64,000 nt of DNA, taken from the NCBI GenBank assembly GCA_050273025.1, contig CP158635.1, positions 14,384,001 to 14,448,000 on the forward strand, in the 5' to 3' direction. The notes beneath the pieces were generated by a model. The model did not search any database, had not been told where the DNA came from, and saw only the letters and a program-made list of their open reading frames with translations. This document shows, piece after piece, positions 13,001 to 27,049 of this stretch. This DNA is from Cenococcum geophilum. Lineage: Eukaryota. The stretch's first letter is position 1. Each line of letters opens with the position of its first letter. The translations under genes were made by a program, and so were the position numbers.

Positions 13001-16000
13001 CCCGTCCTCAGATCTGGTAGTAATGAGGCTGGGGTGGGAGAAGGCGAGTCCATGGCAGTCGTGCCTTCCGATGACGAACTTCATGACCATGAACGCCGTT
13101 TTACCCGAACTTTGCTGTTTGAAAAGTTGTTCTTGCAACTGATCAGAACAAAGCCCGAGTTTACTCGTGCCCGACGATCGGATTCAAAATGTGAGCCATG
13201 CGAACCAGAAATTATCCGCGGAGACCCTATAGAGATTAGATTCCAGGTCTTCGGTGGTGCAACAAGTGAAAGACAAGCTCTCATCATGGGCAAAGAGGAT
13301 ACCTTCCAGGAACTTCATGAACGCCTCGGACGTTTGACTGGCTTTTCCAAGTTAACGCTCATTGTTGGAGGCAAAAAGCTCGCACTTCAAGAGTGGGCCG
13401 ATAAGCGAATTGGGGGAATCGAGGGTATTACCTGGGTACTCGTTAGCAAGGCAGCGGGCGCGGAACCGATACAGCCGGAAAATGGGCCCAATGTTAATTG
13501 CTCTGCCTTCGAAACCAGCATTCTAAAGCATTTTGAGGAGTTGTATACGTGCATGGATTCAGAAGATGATATAAGCGAGGCGGTTCGTTGTTCCCAGCTG
13601 ATGGCTAGTCCAAGAGGCTGACAGACCATTAGATCTTTGACTTCCTTTGCCTGTTCGCACCGCGTGAGAGGATTGCTGAAGCCATTGCGTCAGGTAGCGC
13701 ATCCGCCCGAGATATATTCCCGCCAGGCAAGGTCTTCCAAGCAAAATACGCCGCACTTGCTCTTCAGAGCCGACTCCGAACCCAACTAAACAAGGTAGAT
13801 CAAGTTCATCAAATTAGCTACCCGCAAATCAGACCTACTCACAACTGCTAGGGTATTGTCGATGAAGCTTTCCTCTCCAATACGATTCAACTCTTGGATG
13901 GGGCTATCCTTAACAGCGACTTGATAAGTCCTTCTTTGACAGGCAGACACGACGTTTCCCTTGCATCATTGTTGATTACTGTGCTTCTCGGCTTTCTAAA
14001 GGGTATTCTTAATATTTTTCATATCGCATTTTGTTGAAATAATTACCTAACGTCAGGCAGAGCGTCCTCTCCAAGACCTTTCGGCCCACTATTTCTCCGA
14101 CGAATCACTTCTGGTAGAGCGTCTGCTGTCCGTTTTGTACAGAGCTCTTGAGACAGAATACGAGAATATACGCGTAGTATGTGACTGTTATGCCACAATA
14201 CTTGAGGCTTCTCTCCACTCTAGAAAGGTGTGGGAAGCCTTTGTCTGTAGAGGGGATATTCGAGGGCTACACAAAACTCTCCTTCTCGTAGATCCGAGAA
14301 TTACTCTACGCCATGGCATTGTTCAGTCAATTGCATCAGTTTGTGGAGGTGACTTGCCGTCGTAAGTCGAATTTGGGTGGTTCCGGCTTTATGTCACCGT
14401 AAACTCCCTAATTTTATCTCTATAGGACATCACCTTTGACTGGAAGCGAACTCGCCGCCTTCTATTGGAAGGTCATCTCTTCAATTCTGCCAGACACTGT
14501 GCAATGGTCTAGTCAGTCTGCACAACTCTTCGGCATTGCAGAGCAGGTCTTCAGGAGAAATGACGAAAGTGACCGAGACGAAAACTCCCTTCGAGGTTTC
14601 TTGTCCATCTGGAGCGGTTTGCTATTGAATTATGAGCATGAAGAGGCTAGTTTGTTCCTCATTTACGGAGCAACATATGCTAACGGTGTTCATTAGTTTG
14701 TCGGTCGAGATGATGTCGATACCGTCGTCATGGGATTTACGAAGCTCCTTCTCTGCTGCATTCAATCACTCAAATCGTTCAAGAAACCTTTGAACGTTGG
14801 GTAACCAGTCAGTATCCAATATAGGAATAATGGCTAACCTTTTATTAGACGCCTTATGGAAGACATCTTTGTCAAGTTCCTATTTCCCCCGTACATCGAT
14901 GTTACACTGGAGGAACATCCAAACGATCATATCGAGCTTCCAGTCTTGGAGAGTTCGACGCGCAAGGAATTGTATGACCTGATCCTAGGCTTGTGTGAGG
15001 ACAAAAATAGTTATAACATGCTCCTTGAACTTACACAAGGGCTCGTTGATGACGGTACGTTTGCACCACCGTATCATCATACTTTTTACCAACACAGCCA
15101 AGAAGAGTCGATGTCTGTGAAATCCTATTCTATCGACCGCACAAACGAGATCCGATCGTCTACGGGCTATGTAGGACTGACAAACCCTCGAGCCATCTGC
15201 TACATGAACTCTCTTCTCACCCAGCTTTTTATGAACTTGAATTTCCGTAGGTTTGTTCTCGATGTCAAGGTCGCCGATGCCGGTGGCTCCCAGAGATTGC
15301 TTTCAGATACACAGCGACTCTTCGCTATTATGCAAAACACTTTTCGCAAAGCTGCAGACCCTCGGGATTTTGCTGCTTGTGTTAAAGGACTTAATAATGA
15401 GCCAATAGATATCAATATCCAGATGGACGCTGACGAGTTTTACAATCTTCTGTTTGATCAATGGGAAGGCCAGATGCTTTCTCAAGAAACAAAACAGCTT
15501 TTTCGTTCATTCTATGGCGGTCACACCGTTAATCAAATTAAATCCAAGGAGTGCGAGCATGTCTCTGAAAGAGTGGAGGGATTCTTCGTTATTCAATGTG
15601 ACGTCCAGGGAAAAGCTACGCTACAAGAAAGCCTTCAGTCGTTTGTAGAAGGCGATGTCATGGAAGGAGGTTCGTCGTGTTCAATTTACCATCGCTCGAG
15701 TTTCCGCCTCTAACATTTAATAGATAATAAGTACAAGTGCGAGTCATGCGGTGGCAAACTCGTCAATGCGGTAAAACGGTAAGTAAGGTATCTTGGTGGC
15801 GGTTTCGGGCTAACTTTCTGCTAGCACATGCTTGAAGGATGTGCCCGATAATTTGATCTTTCACCTTAAAAGATTTGATTTTGATTTGATAGATATGAGA
15901 AGAACTAAGATCAACGACCATTTCGAATTCCCAAACCGCATCGATGTCAGTCCTTATAATGTTGACCATCTTAGTAACCCGGAAAACCCTCGCCAGGAAG

Positions 16001-18222
16001 ATATCTTTGAACTTGTTGGTGTCCTTGTTCACCAAGGCAATTCAGAAAATGGTCACTATTACTCGTTCATTCGTGAACGTCCATCTGCATCTGGCAGCTC
16101 AACAACCTGGCTTGAATTTAACGATCGCGATGTTAGCGAATTTGACCCAAGCCAAATATCACATCAGGCTTATGGGGGTTGGTATGATGATCAGTTCCAA
16201 CGACAGCAAAAACAATTTAGCGCATACATGCTCTTCTACCAAAGGAAATCAGCCATGGATGCAGACTATCAGAAATACATCAGCTCACCACACGCAGGAC
16301 CGCCGAAGGTCCCTGTTCCAGCCGAGCTTGAAGTAGATATTGCCGCCGATAACGAAATCTTCATTCGAGATTACTCTCTGTACGATCCGAATCACTCACG
16401 CTTCATACGGCAAATGCTATCAACTCTCCGAACTGTGAATAATGGAATATGCTCCGAGGACCACAAACAGGAAAAGCTGGCTCTTGGCATAGCTCTCGAG
16501 CATGTCAACCAGGTCATCAGCCGTTTGAGAGACATCGCGAATTTCGACGAAATTATTATACAGCTGAAGAAGACCGTTCAATCCTGCACCAAATGCTGCA
16601 AGATTGCAGTGGATTGGATGTGTAGACGTGAATACGCCCTTGCGGGTCTGCTCTTACGATGTCCTCACATCAAAGTCCGAGCACAAATCCGCGCCTTCCT
16701 GCTTGATTGTCTAAATTTTCTTCGAGAAAAGGACCCTACTCTCTACGGTGTCGATGTATTCGATTCAGAGCCTGAAAATGAACTGGCCGCTAGTGATAAC
16801 GGTGCTCTCGCCGTTATCGCCACACGCTTGCGCCTCGTAGGCCAACACACAACACTCGGGACCCGCGGCTGGGATGACTACTATCTGACCCTCTGCCAAT
16901 TAAGCAATATGGGTCCGCACGAGACAGCAGCAGTGCTGAATAACGAGATTCTGGTTTTCTGCCTTGAGGTTCTCTGCATGCACGCCACTCCCTACATCAA
17001 ACATCGCTATATGAACTTGTGGCGGCTCGTTGAGAAGAAGAAGGCGATCTATAACCGACTGATTGAACTTGTCTACTGTCTGCTATCCAAAATTGATCTA
17101 CGCATGGAACCAGCCTCTGACGGCGAGGAGCGGTTGGAGAGATTTGATCGTTCCACGTCGAAATTCCCACTAACAGTAAATGAGAAGAGCCTTCTCATGC
17201 TATGGAATGAGGAGGATAAAGCATTCGCCGCTCTTGGCAAGATGATCGAAAGTTTCGAGTTGGCAAAATCGGACCGCTGGTATCCTGGCGAAATAGTAAA
17301 GTTGATGCTGAATACCGACGAGGAAAACATCCTTCGAGGCTTGCACACAACCATTTCAGAAGGCATCTCGTGCCTGTCGGCACCGTACGCTGAACCCTAC
17401 GTACGATCTGCTATTTACTATTGTTCAGCTTGCCCAACCGCAAACGATGCCTTCAGAATCATCCAATGCGTCTCGAGATCCACAGAACAGCTCACCAATA
17501 TAGGTGGAGAGACTCATCTACATTTTTATCACCAGCTAACCTCGGTCCAAAACGAAGAAATCGCGGCGGAAAAGGGCCCTGACTGGTTTTTTGACCAAGC
17601 TATCCTATTCTCGCGGCAATGGGGCATTGCACTGCTTATGTTCGACGATGAAATCCTCCGTAAAAATGCCGTAGCACTCCTGGAGTATCTTTTCATACGG
17701 GCGACACCCACAGTCATGGTCTCGGAACGTTCGATGAGGGTTAAATATGAGTACATGCGAGCCTTGTTCAAAGATATGATCAAGAAGATCCGCATCGAGC
17801 ATGAGACCGGCACAATGCGTTCATACATGCAGCCGATGATTATACTAAGCAACAATATTGCTCATGCGCTCTTAACATTGATGCAAAATCAGGATCCTGC
17901 GATGGAAATATATAAGAGTCCTGGGGATCCGGCTTTGCTTCAGACATTTACTCTGGGTAAGTGAAGCTCTGTCCCTGTCAGTCAGAACTCTGGGGACTCT
18001 TAGAGTTATAGGAGTGAAAATTTTAGAATGCCAAACTAACAATAAGCAGAGGTTGAAAACCGCACACGAAACTGGCTTTTGGAGGATGACACCATTCTTT
18101 CCGGTGGTGGTTTGTAATCTCCAACCCCTTCAAATGTATAATTCACTAAACGTATTCTAGAAGCGTATGATGACTCGCAGTACGCAAGCGACTCCGATGA
18201 CGTTGCGGAAGTCGAATCTTGA
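10006..18222 (+). CDS. Large ubiquitin-specific protease (USP/C19 family, USP34/USP24-like), multi-exon
   Basis: Cys box GLTNPRAICYMNSLLTQLF, QMDADEF, HLKRFDFD, His box GVLVHQGNSENGHYYSFI, FND, AYMLFY. Long helical N- and C-terminal regions. Terminal exons reconstructed to TGA at 18220-18222; internal exon borders approximate. Confidence 0.9.
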
Positions 18223-19400
18223 AACCCCACCACCCTTCAACTACTCACAGTATTGGCTTCCAGCGGCCTGCGAGGTCCTGGATCTTTGTTGTAGACAATT
18301 CCGCGGAGCGGTATTCTGGCGTTTTTTGGTCACTCTCTTTCTACTAAGGGGGCGTTTAGGGATTTTTGCTTTTTTTGGTGCAAAGGGAAAAACAAGACAG
18401 TCGCTTCCTGTAGGCATTTAGTGGCGTAGCGTGGCGAAGGGCTCTTGTTCCCCAGGGATATTACTTTTCTTCTTCTTTTGATGCTGCTGAAAACGGCAAA
18501 TGGAATGAGCCCTTTTCTTTAAAAAGTCAGGGTAAAGCGTTTGATGGATGACGCGATGATGATGGTGATGATGGCCGGAGTGAAGTAGGGAGGAAGGTAG
18601 GGAGGGAGGAGTGGGATATGACTACCTCTTCTTTTTTTTTCTTCTCAGAAATTCTTACAATCGTTTTGAAGCTCTGTGTGATAGACAGATTCTATGAGGG
18701 CATCCTATTCGGAATGAAGCATGCAGGGGTAACGGCCAGGGGGTACTGTATCTTAGGAGAGGGAGGGTTGTGTAGGTCAATGTATCGTTGTGCATGGCGT
18801 GGATCGACTCCGTGAAGCATTGAGTTTGGGTAGGTGCCTGGTAGTTTTACCCCTCCTGTGTGATACCAGAGATGGAGATGGAGATGGGAGTTCATCGTGA
18901 ATTGCGCCTTGATCCTGTCTTACCCTGATTCCGCCAAATAATACCTCTTTCACCATCCCCATGGTCTTCTTTGGTTCCGTCCACACCACACCCCGCACAA
19001 TGAAAAAAGCCGTGGCGTTGTCTGGGCAGCATCTCCACCTGCAGCCCCCAAACGAGGACTAACAGCATTCAAGAACATCTACAGAGGGAAACAGGAGTAT
19101 TCGGTGATTCTAAGAATGCTGATTGATCCTATCTTACAGCTCGTTCCAGCAAGTCCAGCCGCAAACCCGCCACAGCTCAACAGCGTATCGCTATTGCAAT
19201 CCCAGATACCCAAAGATTCCGGAAAATGAGGCTTACATCGCCATAAATGCCTTAATACATAGCAGCGAAGTCAAACAAAACAGTCCTCGCGCCATCCCAA
19301 CCCAAATTCACCAACCAAGAGCCGTACCTCGAGACACCCTTCAAGAAAAACGCACAAATACAGCAACAGCCCACAAAACCCGTTGAATGCGCCGTAGACC

Positions 19401-22001
19401 TCACAAAACGCCCTCTTGAAACCTCTCCACGCCCTTCTTGATCTCCCGCACAATCTCCATGGCCTCGCTCTGGCTCGCGGCCTCGAAGTCATACCGCTTG
19501 GTCTCGCGCTCCTTGAACACGACAACGCGGAACATGCGCGGATGCCTCCTGCTAACCTTGCTCCCGACGACGCTGCTGAAATGCACGGTCGTCGTCTTGG
19601 GCGGCGCCTCGAACAGCGTCTTCGTCCCGCCTGCGTTCTCGCCCGGCATGATGTGCATGTACTCGCCGTCGAGCGCGAGGATGCGCGAGCTGCTGGACGA
19701 AAAGGACATGGGCTGCTTGCGCGTGACGGCGTAGCGCCGGTACGTCGACGTGTTGGCCGTGAGGAAGGCGTCGTGCTTCTGCGCGAGCGGGTGCAGTAGC
19801 CCTGCGGCGGTGCCCGCGGCGCCGCCCGCGGCACCCCTTTTCACTTTCTTGGGCGTGCCGCCGGTGCTGATGAGGAGGGGCGCGTTGGGCGAGCTGGAGC
19901 CGGGAGAGCCTGAGAGCCCGAAGGCGCCGTCGCCGATGAAGCGGCGGCGGGAGAGGTCGAGGTCAGTGCGCGTGCCTAGCGCTTCGACTGTTCGGTCGGA
20001 GGGAGCCACGGTGGCGGTGCCGGACACTTTGAGGACGAAAAGCCCCTTGTCGACTTGTATGTCGCGGCATACGCCGTCGAAAATCTCGGCAATGTAGGTG
20101 TCGGTTGTGCATGAGACAGGGATGTGCTTGGTGTTGAAGTTGTCGTCTGTGAAGTGCACCATGATTGTCTTCGGAGCGCCAGTACGTGGAGTGGCATGTG
20201 AAGTTGGGACGGCTGGTGCATCCATAAGATTGGTGGAGTCCTTGCGGGGAGCTGAAGGCGCAAACGACGGCCCAATAATTGGGTTGCGGAAAGCGCGGGC
20301 TGGAGCTGGGGGCGGTTTGGGAACTGGCTCTGATGGGGTTGGAGTTACAGAGGCGGGCGTGGGTGCGGGTTCTTGGGCAGCGGTTGCTTCACGGCTGTAT
20401 GGAGTGAGCTGCTCGTTTTCTGCAAATTCTCGCTCAGAGGCTTCCACGAGGGCAAACTCGTCCCACGGCTTTTCGCGTGATCGAGCACGCATCCCGCGGT
20501 TGTTGTTTGAGGCGAAATCGGTGATAGCTTTTGTCCTCGTCAAGGCCGGGAACTCGTAGTCAACCTCGCCATCCTCATACATGCGTAAGACCCAGCGGTT
20601 GATGTTCATTTTCTCAACAGATGTAGGTGGCTCAAGGCCTTCTTCGACATACCTCCACAGCGCAAGGCCGATGGCTTCAGCAACGGTTACTTTAGTGCCA
20701 TCATCAGTCGTTTTCCGTAGAAGCACTTCAATCGGTCTCGTCGATTTAGAGGAGAGAGGTGCGTAAATTTTGATGTATAGTGGATTGGGGTCGCCTTTTC
20801 CAGATAAAGTGACAAAACGCTGCAATGGGTTCTCTGGTTTCTTGTCCTTGGCTTTCAAAGCTAGAGTTAATGCACTAACGGGTTGAAGAATGCTAATAGG
20901 TCGTGGTGGAGGCAATGCTTGGAGAACAGGAGCGGCTTGCTTCGTCTTTTTTGGCGATGTGTTGAAAGGAGTAATGGGTGGGGGTATGTTCGTCAGATCC
21001 GTTGGAGGGGATGAGTCCAAGGGATCCGCAACCTCTCCTAGTAGAGAGTTGCTATCTGCAGTTCCAGCAAATTCGGAGGACAGCGTGCTGTCATCTGATT
21101 CGGCCCCCTGGTCAGGATCTTCCAGATGAGCCTCGCCCTCCCTGTCATCCTCCTGAATTCTCTGAGAAAGCAGGTGGCTCGCCTTCGCTGCACGATGCGG
21201 GTTTAGCTTCTTCCTTTGAAATATCACGGGGTCCAATTCGTTCTCTGAAGACATCTCGCTACTGGTAACAGTATCTCGTCGAGCTCGTTCTTTAACGGCC
21301 TCGACTGCCCCTAAAGAACCCCTACGTAATCTACTATCAAGAGGTCGCGAAGGTGATGTTACAAGCAATGAGGGGCCTTCCATGAGATTGAGATTAGAGC
21401 TGCGGAGAGGTGAGGACCCAGCTCTCGTGCGCAACGGCATCTTAGTGAATTTGATTTGCTGTGCAGCTCTACACATCCCTCGATATTAGCCTTAGCATAG
21501 CGTGCGGAAAGGGTAAAGATAATACCTTTGCGTGCCATCACCATCTTCGTCGCTCTCATCACTGAGATCACTGCTATCATCCTCCTCTAGCTGTTCTTTC
21601 CTTCTTCTCCTTTTGGTGTTCAATGCTGGACCAACAGTATCGTTACTCCCGCCTCCTCCAGTAACCATACCTCCTTCGTCCTCATCGTCACCAAACCCAG
21701 GGCCTGATAGACCTGCTGATCTCGGCGCTTGGAAGTAGTCGGAGGTTATAGCGGTGGGAATGGGGGGTGAATAGGTTCGCTTGGTGTCAGCAGCGTTGGG
21801 AACCCAACCTGCAGCGCGAAACGCAGGGTTATTGAGTACAGCAGAATTGACATTGATCAGCCGTTCACCGACGCCATCTTTGATGCATGATAGGTATGCG
21901 GTACGAAGTTGATAGAGCACGAAACTGGTGGGAGTCTAGTTGAGCAGGCGCAAATGCGGAGGCGTTCGCGGGGCTTACTCTTCGTTCTGTAGGAGAGACA
22001 T
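19401..22001 (-). CDS. SIN1: TORC2 subunit Sin1/Avo1 (SAPK-interacting protein 1), 3 exons
   Basis: N-terminus MSLLQNEDFVLYQLRTAYL; CRIM region TVAEAIGLALW...WVLRMYEDGEVDYEFPAL; C-terminal PH domain ILALDGEYMHIMP...KRYDFEA. Confidence 0.9.
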
Positions 22002-22244
22002 AGTGCTAGCTTAGTAGAAACATCTTCTCATGATGGGCATGTACTCTGATAACCGTGAGGGTCTTCAGACCAGCTGAAGAACACGTACGCAGAGCATTTT
22101 TGGTGTGGAGAGGGGGGTGTCGATGTTCTGGATGCGCCACTGGTGGTGAAAGACGGGGAGATCCCAGTCGACGATCTCTCCAGCCAAACACCAGCCAACT
22201 TCACAACAACACGAAATCCCCATCTGGCCAATACTCCATCTAAT

Positions 22245-23459
22245 ATGAATTTAGTTGCCTACTCAGATTCAGAGGGCTCAGACAATGAAGCCCAGCCAGC
22301 CCTCAAACCGGCCCCAAAGCCCGCCGCAAAACCCGCTGTGACCTCATCGAAGCCTGCTTTCCAAAAAGTTGTCGACCGCACTAACCCACACAGGATCAGA
22401 GTCAACCTTCCTACAACCTCGACCGCCAGCGCAGGCAAAGATGATATCGAAGCAGAGGCCCCGCCAACCAAGAAGGCGCGTACAGGGGGAGGTGCTTTCA
22501 GCGGGTTCAATGCTCTATTACCTCCACCGAAAAGAACAGCACTCGCTACGAACAGCACAGCAGAGGGCGGGAAGAGAGGGCTTGGTAAGGGTTTGAGAGC
22601 GGGAATAAGCCTGAGGACAGGAGCAGCACCTGCATTCAGCAGAGAGCCCGTGGATGTGCCAAATTATGGCGAGGAAAATTCCACAGAAAAGACACCTGCG
22701 CCATCATCGCCAGACCATTCTTCTCTTTCGACAGCACCAAATAGTGAGGCGCAAGAGGTAAAGCTTGTGGGGAAGCCTATGATGTTCAAGCCTTTATCAG
22801 TGGCCAACAAGAAGAAAAAGAAGAGGCCAATACCTCCTCAGGTATCAGATACCTCGGCAGAAAAAGCCGTACCATCAGTCGCATCCCAGATCTCAGACCC
22901 AAAACCTGCGCCAAAACCAAAGGTTTCTCTATTCTCCATATCAAAGGAGGAAATGAGCGCACCGCCAACATCTACATCGAGAGAAGAGTACCAGCCACTG
23001 CTTTATGGAGCAGAGGAATCCGAGTCCGTAGTCCAACCCTCGGAAGAGGACATACAGGACCCCTCTCAGCAAAGCTCAACTTTCACATTTTCACATCCAG
23101 CGCCTACGACTTCTAGCAAGGGCGCTCAAAGCCTCAACGACATTGCTGCAGACCTGAATCTTTCTGAGGCTGACCGCCGTCAACTTTTCGGGCGCCAACG
23201 AGGCAAGAAAGGCCAGCAAGATCTATCAGCCATCAACGTCGTGAACTTCAACACTGACCAGGAATATGCTCATAACGAGGCACTCCGGGCTGCTGGTGAG
23301 ACAGCGCAACACAATCCTCTTAGATCAATTGCTGGTACAGGCAAGAACAGCTTAAAGCAACTTGTTAATGTAGCTACAACGCAGAAAGATGCCCTAGAGG
23401 AGCATTTTGCAGCTGGTAGGAGGAACAAGAGAGAGGCTGGGAGCAAATATGGTTGGTAA
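22245..23459 (+). CDS. PRCC-like proline-rich protein (mitotic checkpoint regulator, MAD2B-interacting family)
   Basis: Starts MNLVAYSDSE; ends KNSLKQLV...LEEHFAAGRRNKREAGSKYGW, the PRCC C-terminal signature. Single exon, divergent from SIN1 (243 bp apart). Confidence 0.85.
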   Translation: MNLVAYSDSEGSDNEAQPALKPAPKPAAKPAVTSSKPAFQKVVDRTNPHRIRVNLPTTSTASAGKDDIEAEAPPTKKARTGGGAFSGFNALLPPPKRTALATNSTAEGGKRGLGKGLRAGISLRTGAAPAFSREPVDVPNYGEENSTEKTPAPSSPDHSSLSTAPNSEAQEVKLVGKPMMFKPLSVANKKKKKRPIPPQVSDTSAEKAVPSVASQISDPKPAPKPKVSLFSISKEEMSAPPTSTSREEYQPLLYGAEESESVVQPSEEDIQDPSQQSSTFTFSHPAPTTSSKGAQSLNDIAADLNLSEADRRQLFGRQRGKKGQQDLSAINVVNFNTDQEYAHNEALRAAGETAQHNPLRSIAGTGKNSLKQLVNVATTQKDALEEHFAAGRRNKREAGSKYGW

Positions 23460-23833
23460 ATGAGAGAGACATGGTGAGCGGGGGCTGCACAGAATTTGAT
23501 TCGAGCGATGATGCGATCAGCACGGATTCGAGGTCGTGCTTATGAAATGCGACGTCCTCTGGTTCTGGCGATACGCAGATACACCTTTCGGTATAAATAC
23601 GGTGAGAGAATCCGTTATGGTTTACGTAAGAGGAGAGCCTTGAACTTAGGGATGACCTACACAGCTGTTGTATGCGGACTGAAGTTTTTGTAGGCAGATA
23701 TTCTAAGTCTTTAAGGGTCAGAAGCCCAACCTGAATATAACAATTCATCTTAATCTAAGCTTGAGAACCTTCATACGCTAGCCTTGCGCACCATCTCGTC
23801 CATACTCACCTTCCATTCGTCTAGTCCGCTTCC

Positions 23834-25241
23834 CTACTTCCTCTCGCTCTCTTTCACCGCTTCTTTCAGGCCCTGTACGAACCGCTGATAATCCGCGAAC
23901 TCTGGGTCATCACTACCAAGACAGCACTGCGCGACATCGAGGCCCTTCTGCGCATGCAGTACTGTCGCCTTATTACGTCCTAGGATATGGCAAAGCGACG
24001 CAGCAGCTCGTCTCCTGCTTAACGTTAGCAAACCCAACCATAACACTACCTCTACTAACCTCTCGAATCCAGGGAAATACTCACGCCCTCGCGACCTCCT
24101 TCCCCGCACCCTCCTTCTCAAGCCCTACCACAAGCTCCAACGCCCACCCCAGTGCCCTCCCCACGTCCTCCCCCCTCCCCTTCCGAAACCCCTGCAACAG
24201 CAGCTGGTTCCGCAGCAGCATCGCCCTCCGCCGCTCATGCCGCTCGCCCTCCTCCCCGCCCCCGCACGCCGCGCATGCACACTCGAAGCCCCACCGCCGC
24301 AGTCCCTCCTGCCGCCGCTCGCGCGGCATGTAGAACGACGTCGCGCCTAGATACGGAAACGTGATCTCCTCCGCCGGCAGCACGTCGTGCGTCGCGTGCA
24401 CCGTCAGCTGTCCGATGCGCTGGTTGAACGTGACGTGTGCGTTCGGGAGGCAGGAGTGGTTGAGGCGCGCGGCGATCGGGAAGAGGCCTACGGCCGGCTC
24501 GTCTGCTCCTTCGTCTGCTTCTCTCTCTCCCTCCCCCTCTCTATCCCCCTTCCCCTCCCTCTCTTCCTCCTCTTCTGGCTGAGCCTCTGGCTCTGTCCCT
24601 GCGCTCCCCATGTTAAACGCATTCGTCCTGAACACGCTGATGACCTTGAACTCCTCCAGCGCGACCAGCAACGCGGCTTGCAGATCCGGCGTGTCGTGCT
24701 CCTCGCGCTGTGCGGCGAGCTCGGCGATGTGCGTGCGGAAGGGGCCGGAGTCGGCGTCTTCGACGGCGTCGAGGCCGATGATGGTGGCTTGGGCGGCGGC
24801 GGGCAGCGCGAGGAAAGCGGTGTGGATGGATGAGGGATCGGTTTCCGAGGGACAGAGAGCTAGGAGGGGTGGTTCCGAGAGGATGCGTGTGCCGCGGGGG
24901 ATGGGGGATGTTGCGAAGAGGCCGAGGCCGGCGTGAGGGGTAGGCCTAATTTCGAAGAGGGGCAGCGTATTGCCGTTGTTGATTCCATGGTTGTTGTTGA
25001 TAGCGAAGCTACCTGCGGTGCTAGAGGAAGCTTCGAGGGGTTGGTGGTCGAAGATGACGAAGTCTGCGGATGGGTTGGCTGTGAGGGTGGAGGTGTCGGT
25101 TTGCGCGCTCTTTTTCTTCCCACCACGGCGGTTCTTGCGTCTCACGCCTGTCTTCTTCTTGGGCTTGCTTTTGCTTGCGTCAGTCAAGTGAGTTTCTGCC
25201 ATGGTGTTGGCCGCGCTGGCTGTTTCAGTATCTGACTCCAT
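23834..25241 (-). CDS. SET-domain protein lysine methyltransferase (SMYD/Set5-like), 2 exons
   Basis: GLGLFATSPIPRGTRILSEPPL, FRTNAF, GLFPIAARLNHSCLPNA, EEITFPY, post-SET WGFECACAAC. Intron GTGAGT...CTAAC...AG joins the C-terminal exon (CCLGSDDPE). Confidence 0.88.
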
Positions 25242-26136
25242 GGCTAACGGATGTTGTGGGGAGGAAGAAATGAGAGGTAGAGATTGAATCTGGTGGGTGA
25301 GAATGAGAGAAGGCGTGAAATTTACTAATTATCAATGTTGTGGCTTCACTGACATGAGCACTGCCTAGCGGGAATCGTTCACCAGTAAGGGGAGGTATGA
25401 GGAACGAAGTTATTTAGATTCTCTGCGCAACAACTAATGAGTACCTTTCTAGCCTATCGCAGGCACTTTTAGGCTGGTGCATAATACGTCGGGGCAGGAA
25501 TTTCACTAGAGAATGTATGAGCCAAGATAAAACTTGTGACAACAATGTTTTTTGGATGGGAAATAGTACTTTCAATCCATGAGTATAAAACTTGCCAACA
25601 ACATTCTTCCGTCTGAGTGAGCTATATAGAGAGTTGAATAACGAGAAAGGTAATGCTCATTTTAGAAAATAAAAGGGTAGAAGGATTGGCTTGCTTCTTA
25701 CATTAGCGCCTCCATTCATACATTCTTAGGGGATACCCGTAAGCCTTTGCCCCTTTGGGGTACTGCATGAGGAAATTTTCCACATCTCCCCCAATGTCAT
25801 CTCTATCAAGCCATCCATCTAGACAACATAAACGCATCTAGACTTCCGCTTGCCTTTAGGAATGGGGTTGTTTTGGGAACTATTGAGTAGGTGTTGAAGG
25901 TTGGGTTTCCCCCTCTTAATTGTTCCCCTGTCCAGAACAATAGCCCGTTGTAGCTTCTGAGATAGCAAAATTCTAGGTTAATGAAAGAAATCAGTAGCCC
26001 TGATTGTCTTCAGTTTCAAACACTGAAATGTGCTCTGGCGTGTAAAGGGTGTTTCAAGATGCTCTACCATTAATCACAAGTCTAAAATCAACTTTCCCAC
26101 TTGCCCACCTATTTTCTACACCGCCGATCGTTTAAT

Positions 26137-26400
26137 ATGGGTCAAAAGGAGCAGAACCTATAAATGACTATTGCTGATTTTAATGCCGGCAAATTTAAAT
26201 CTGGTACCTAAGCTGCACGAGCGTACAGTGTCCCTCCGTCAACTTTTCACAATCACATAAGTGCTAAGCAGCCACGACGAATTGCTCACCAGCACGAACA
26301 GCAATTGACCCCTACACGAGACTTCCTTGCAAATTAGGTGCTTAAATAAGACTTACAAGGATTTACCGTTATATGCCCAATTATAAGAAATAGTGGCTTA
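26137..26400 (+). mobile_element. Degenerate 5' fragment of a Fot1/pogo DNA transposase
   Basis: MGQKEQNL*MTIADFNAGKFKSGT*AARAYSVPPSTFHNHISAKQPRRIAHQHEQQLTP resembles the pipsqueak-type HTH of fungal Fot1/pogo transposases; in-frame stops. Confidence 0.7.
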
Positions 26401-27049
26401 AATAAATAAATAAAATTATAATACTAAGCTCCTTAATAAGTGTGAGGGGCTCTACGGTGATGTGCACGGCCACCCCCGCTCGCTAAATCGCCACCAACTG
26501 TACATACTAAGGCATAAGTTTCGTTAGTACGTCCCGTCTGACATGGATTATTGACAAGGATAAGACAGGCTATCAGACCAATGATGTATGATAATCTTTT
26601 AAAGTAACCAATGAGAAAAGAGGAATTCTTTTGCCAAGCTCTACGTATGCTAACGAAACTTATGCCTGATACCGTAGTAGTAATTGTAGCGAAGCAATAT
26701 GCTCGGCTGCAAGAACCGGCGACCAGCCTTCCTCCGCAGTGTCGTGATCTTTGTCAAATATCGTGAGGTTTCCACCCGTACGATATTGCCAAACTTCATC
26801 AGCCACTGCAGAGACAGTCGTGGGCAAAAGAGGGAGAAAGAGGAAGCGTACGTCAGGCAAGTTCTGAATTACCGGCGTTCATGCACCGCCCCACCGTGCC
26901 TTACGCCACAGCCTGAACAACTCTACGTAGCTTCTAATTTCACCCCAGGATATCAACCCTTCCACCGTACTATACATATAAACTCCTCGCGGCCTCTGAT
27001 ATATTTTTGGCAGATTCATTATACCCTCAGCACATCTCATTCCATCGCC

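Noticed and set aside
19271..25235. Many overlapping antisense ORFs in SIN1 and the SET gene
   Set aside because: Expected shadows of GC-rich coding sequence.
26699..27049. N-terminal extension of the 276-aa ORF
   Set aside because: It begins at a non-ATG codon and reads like promoter/5' UTR with a TATA-like sequence near 26975; ATG 27050 is preferred.
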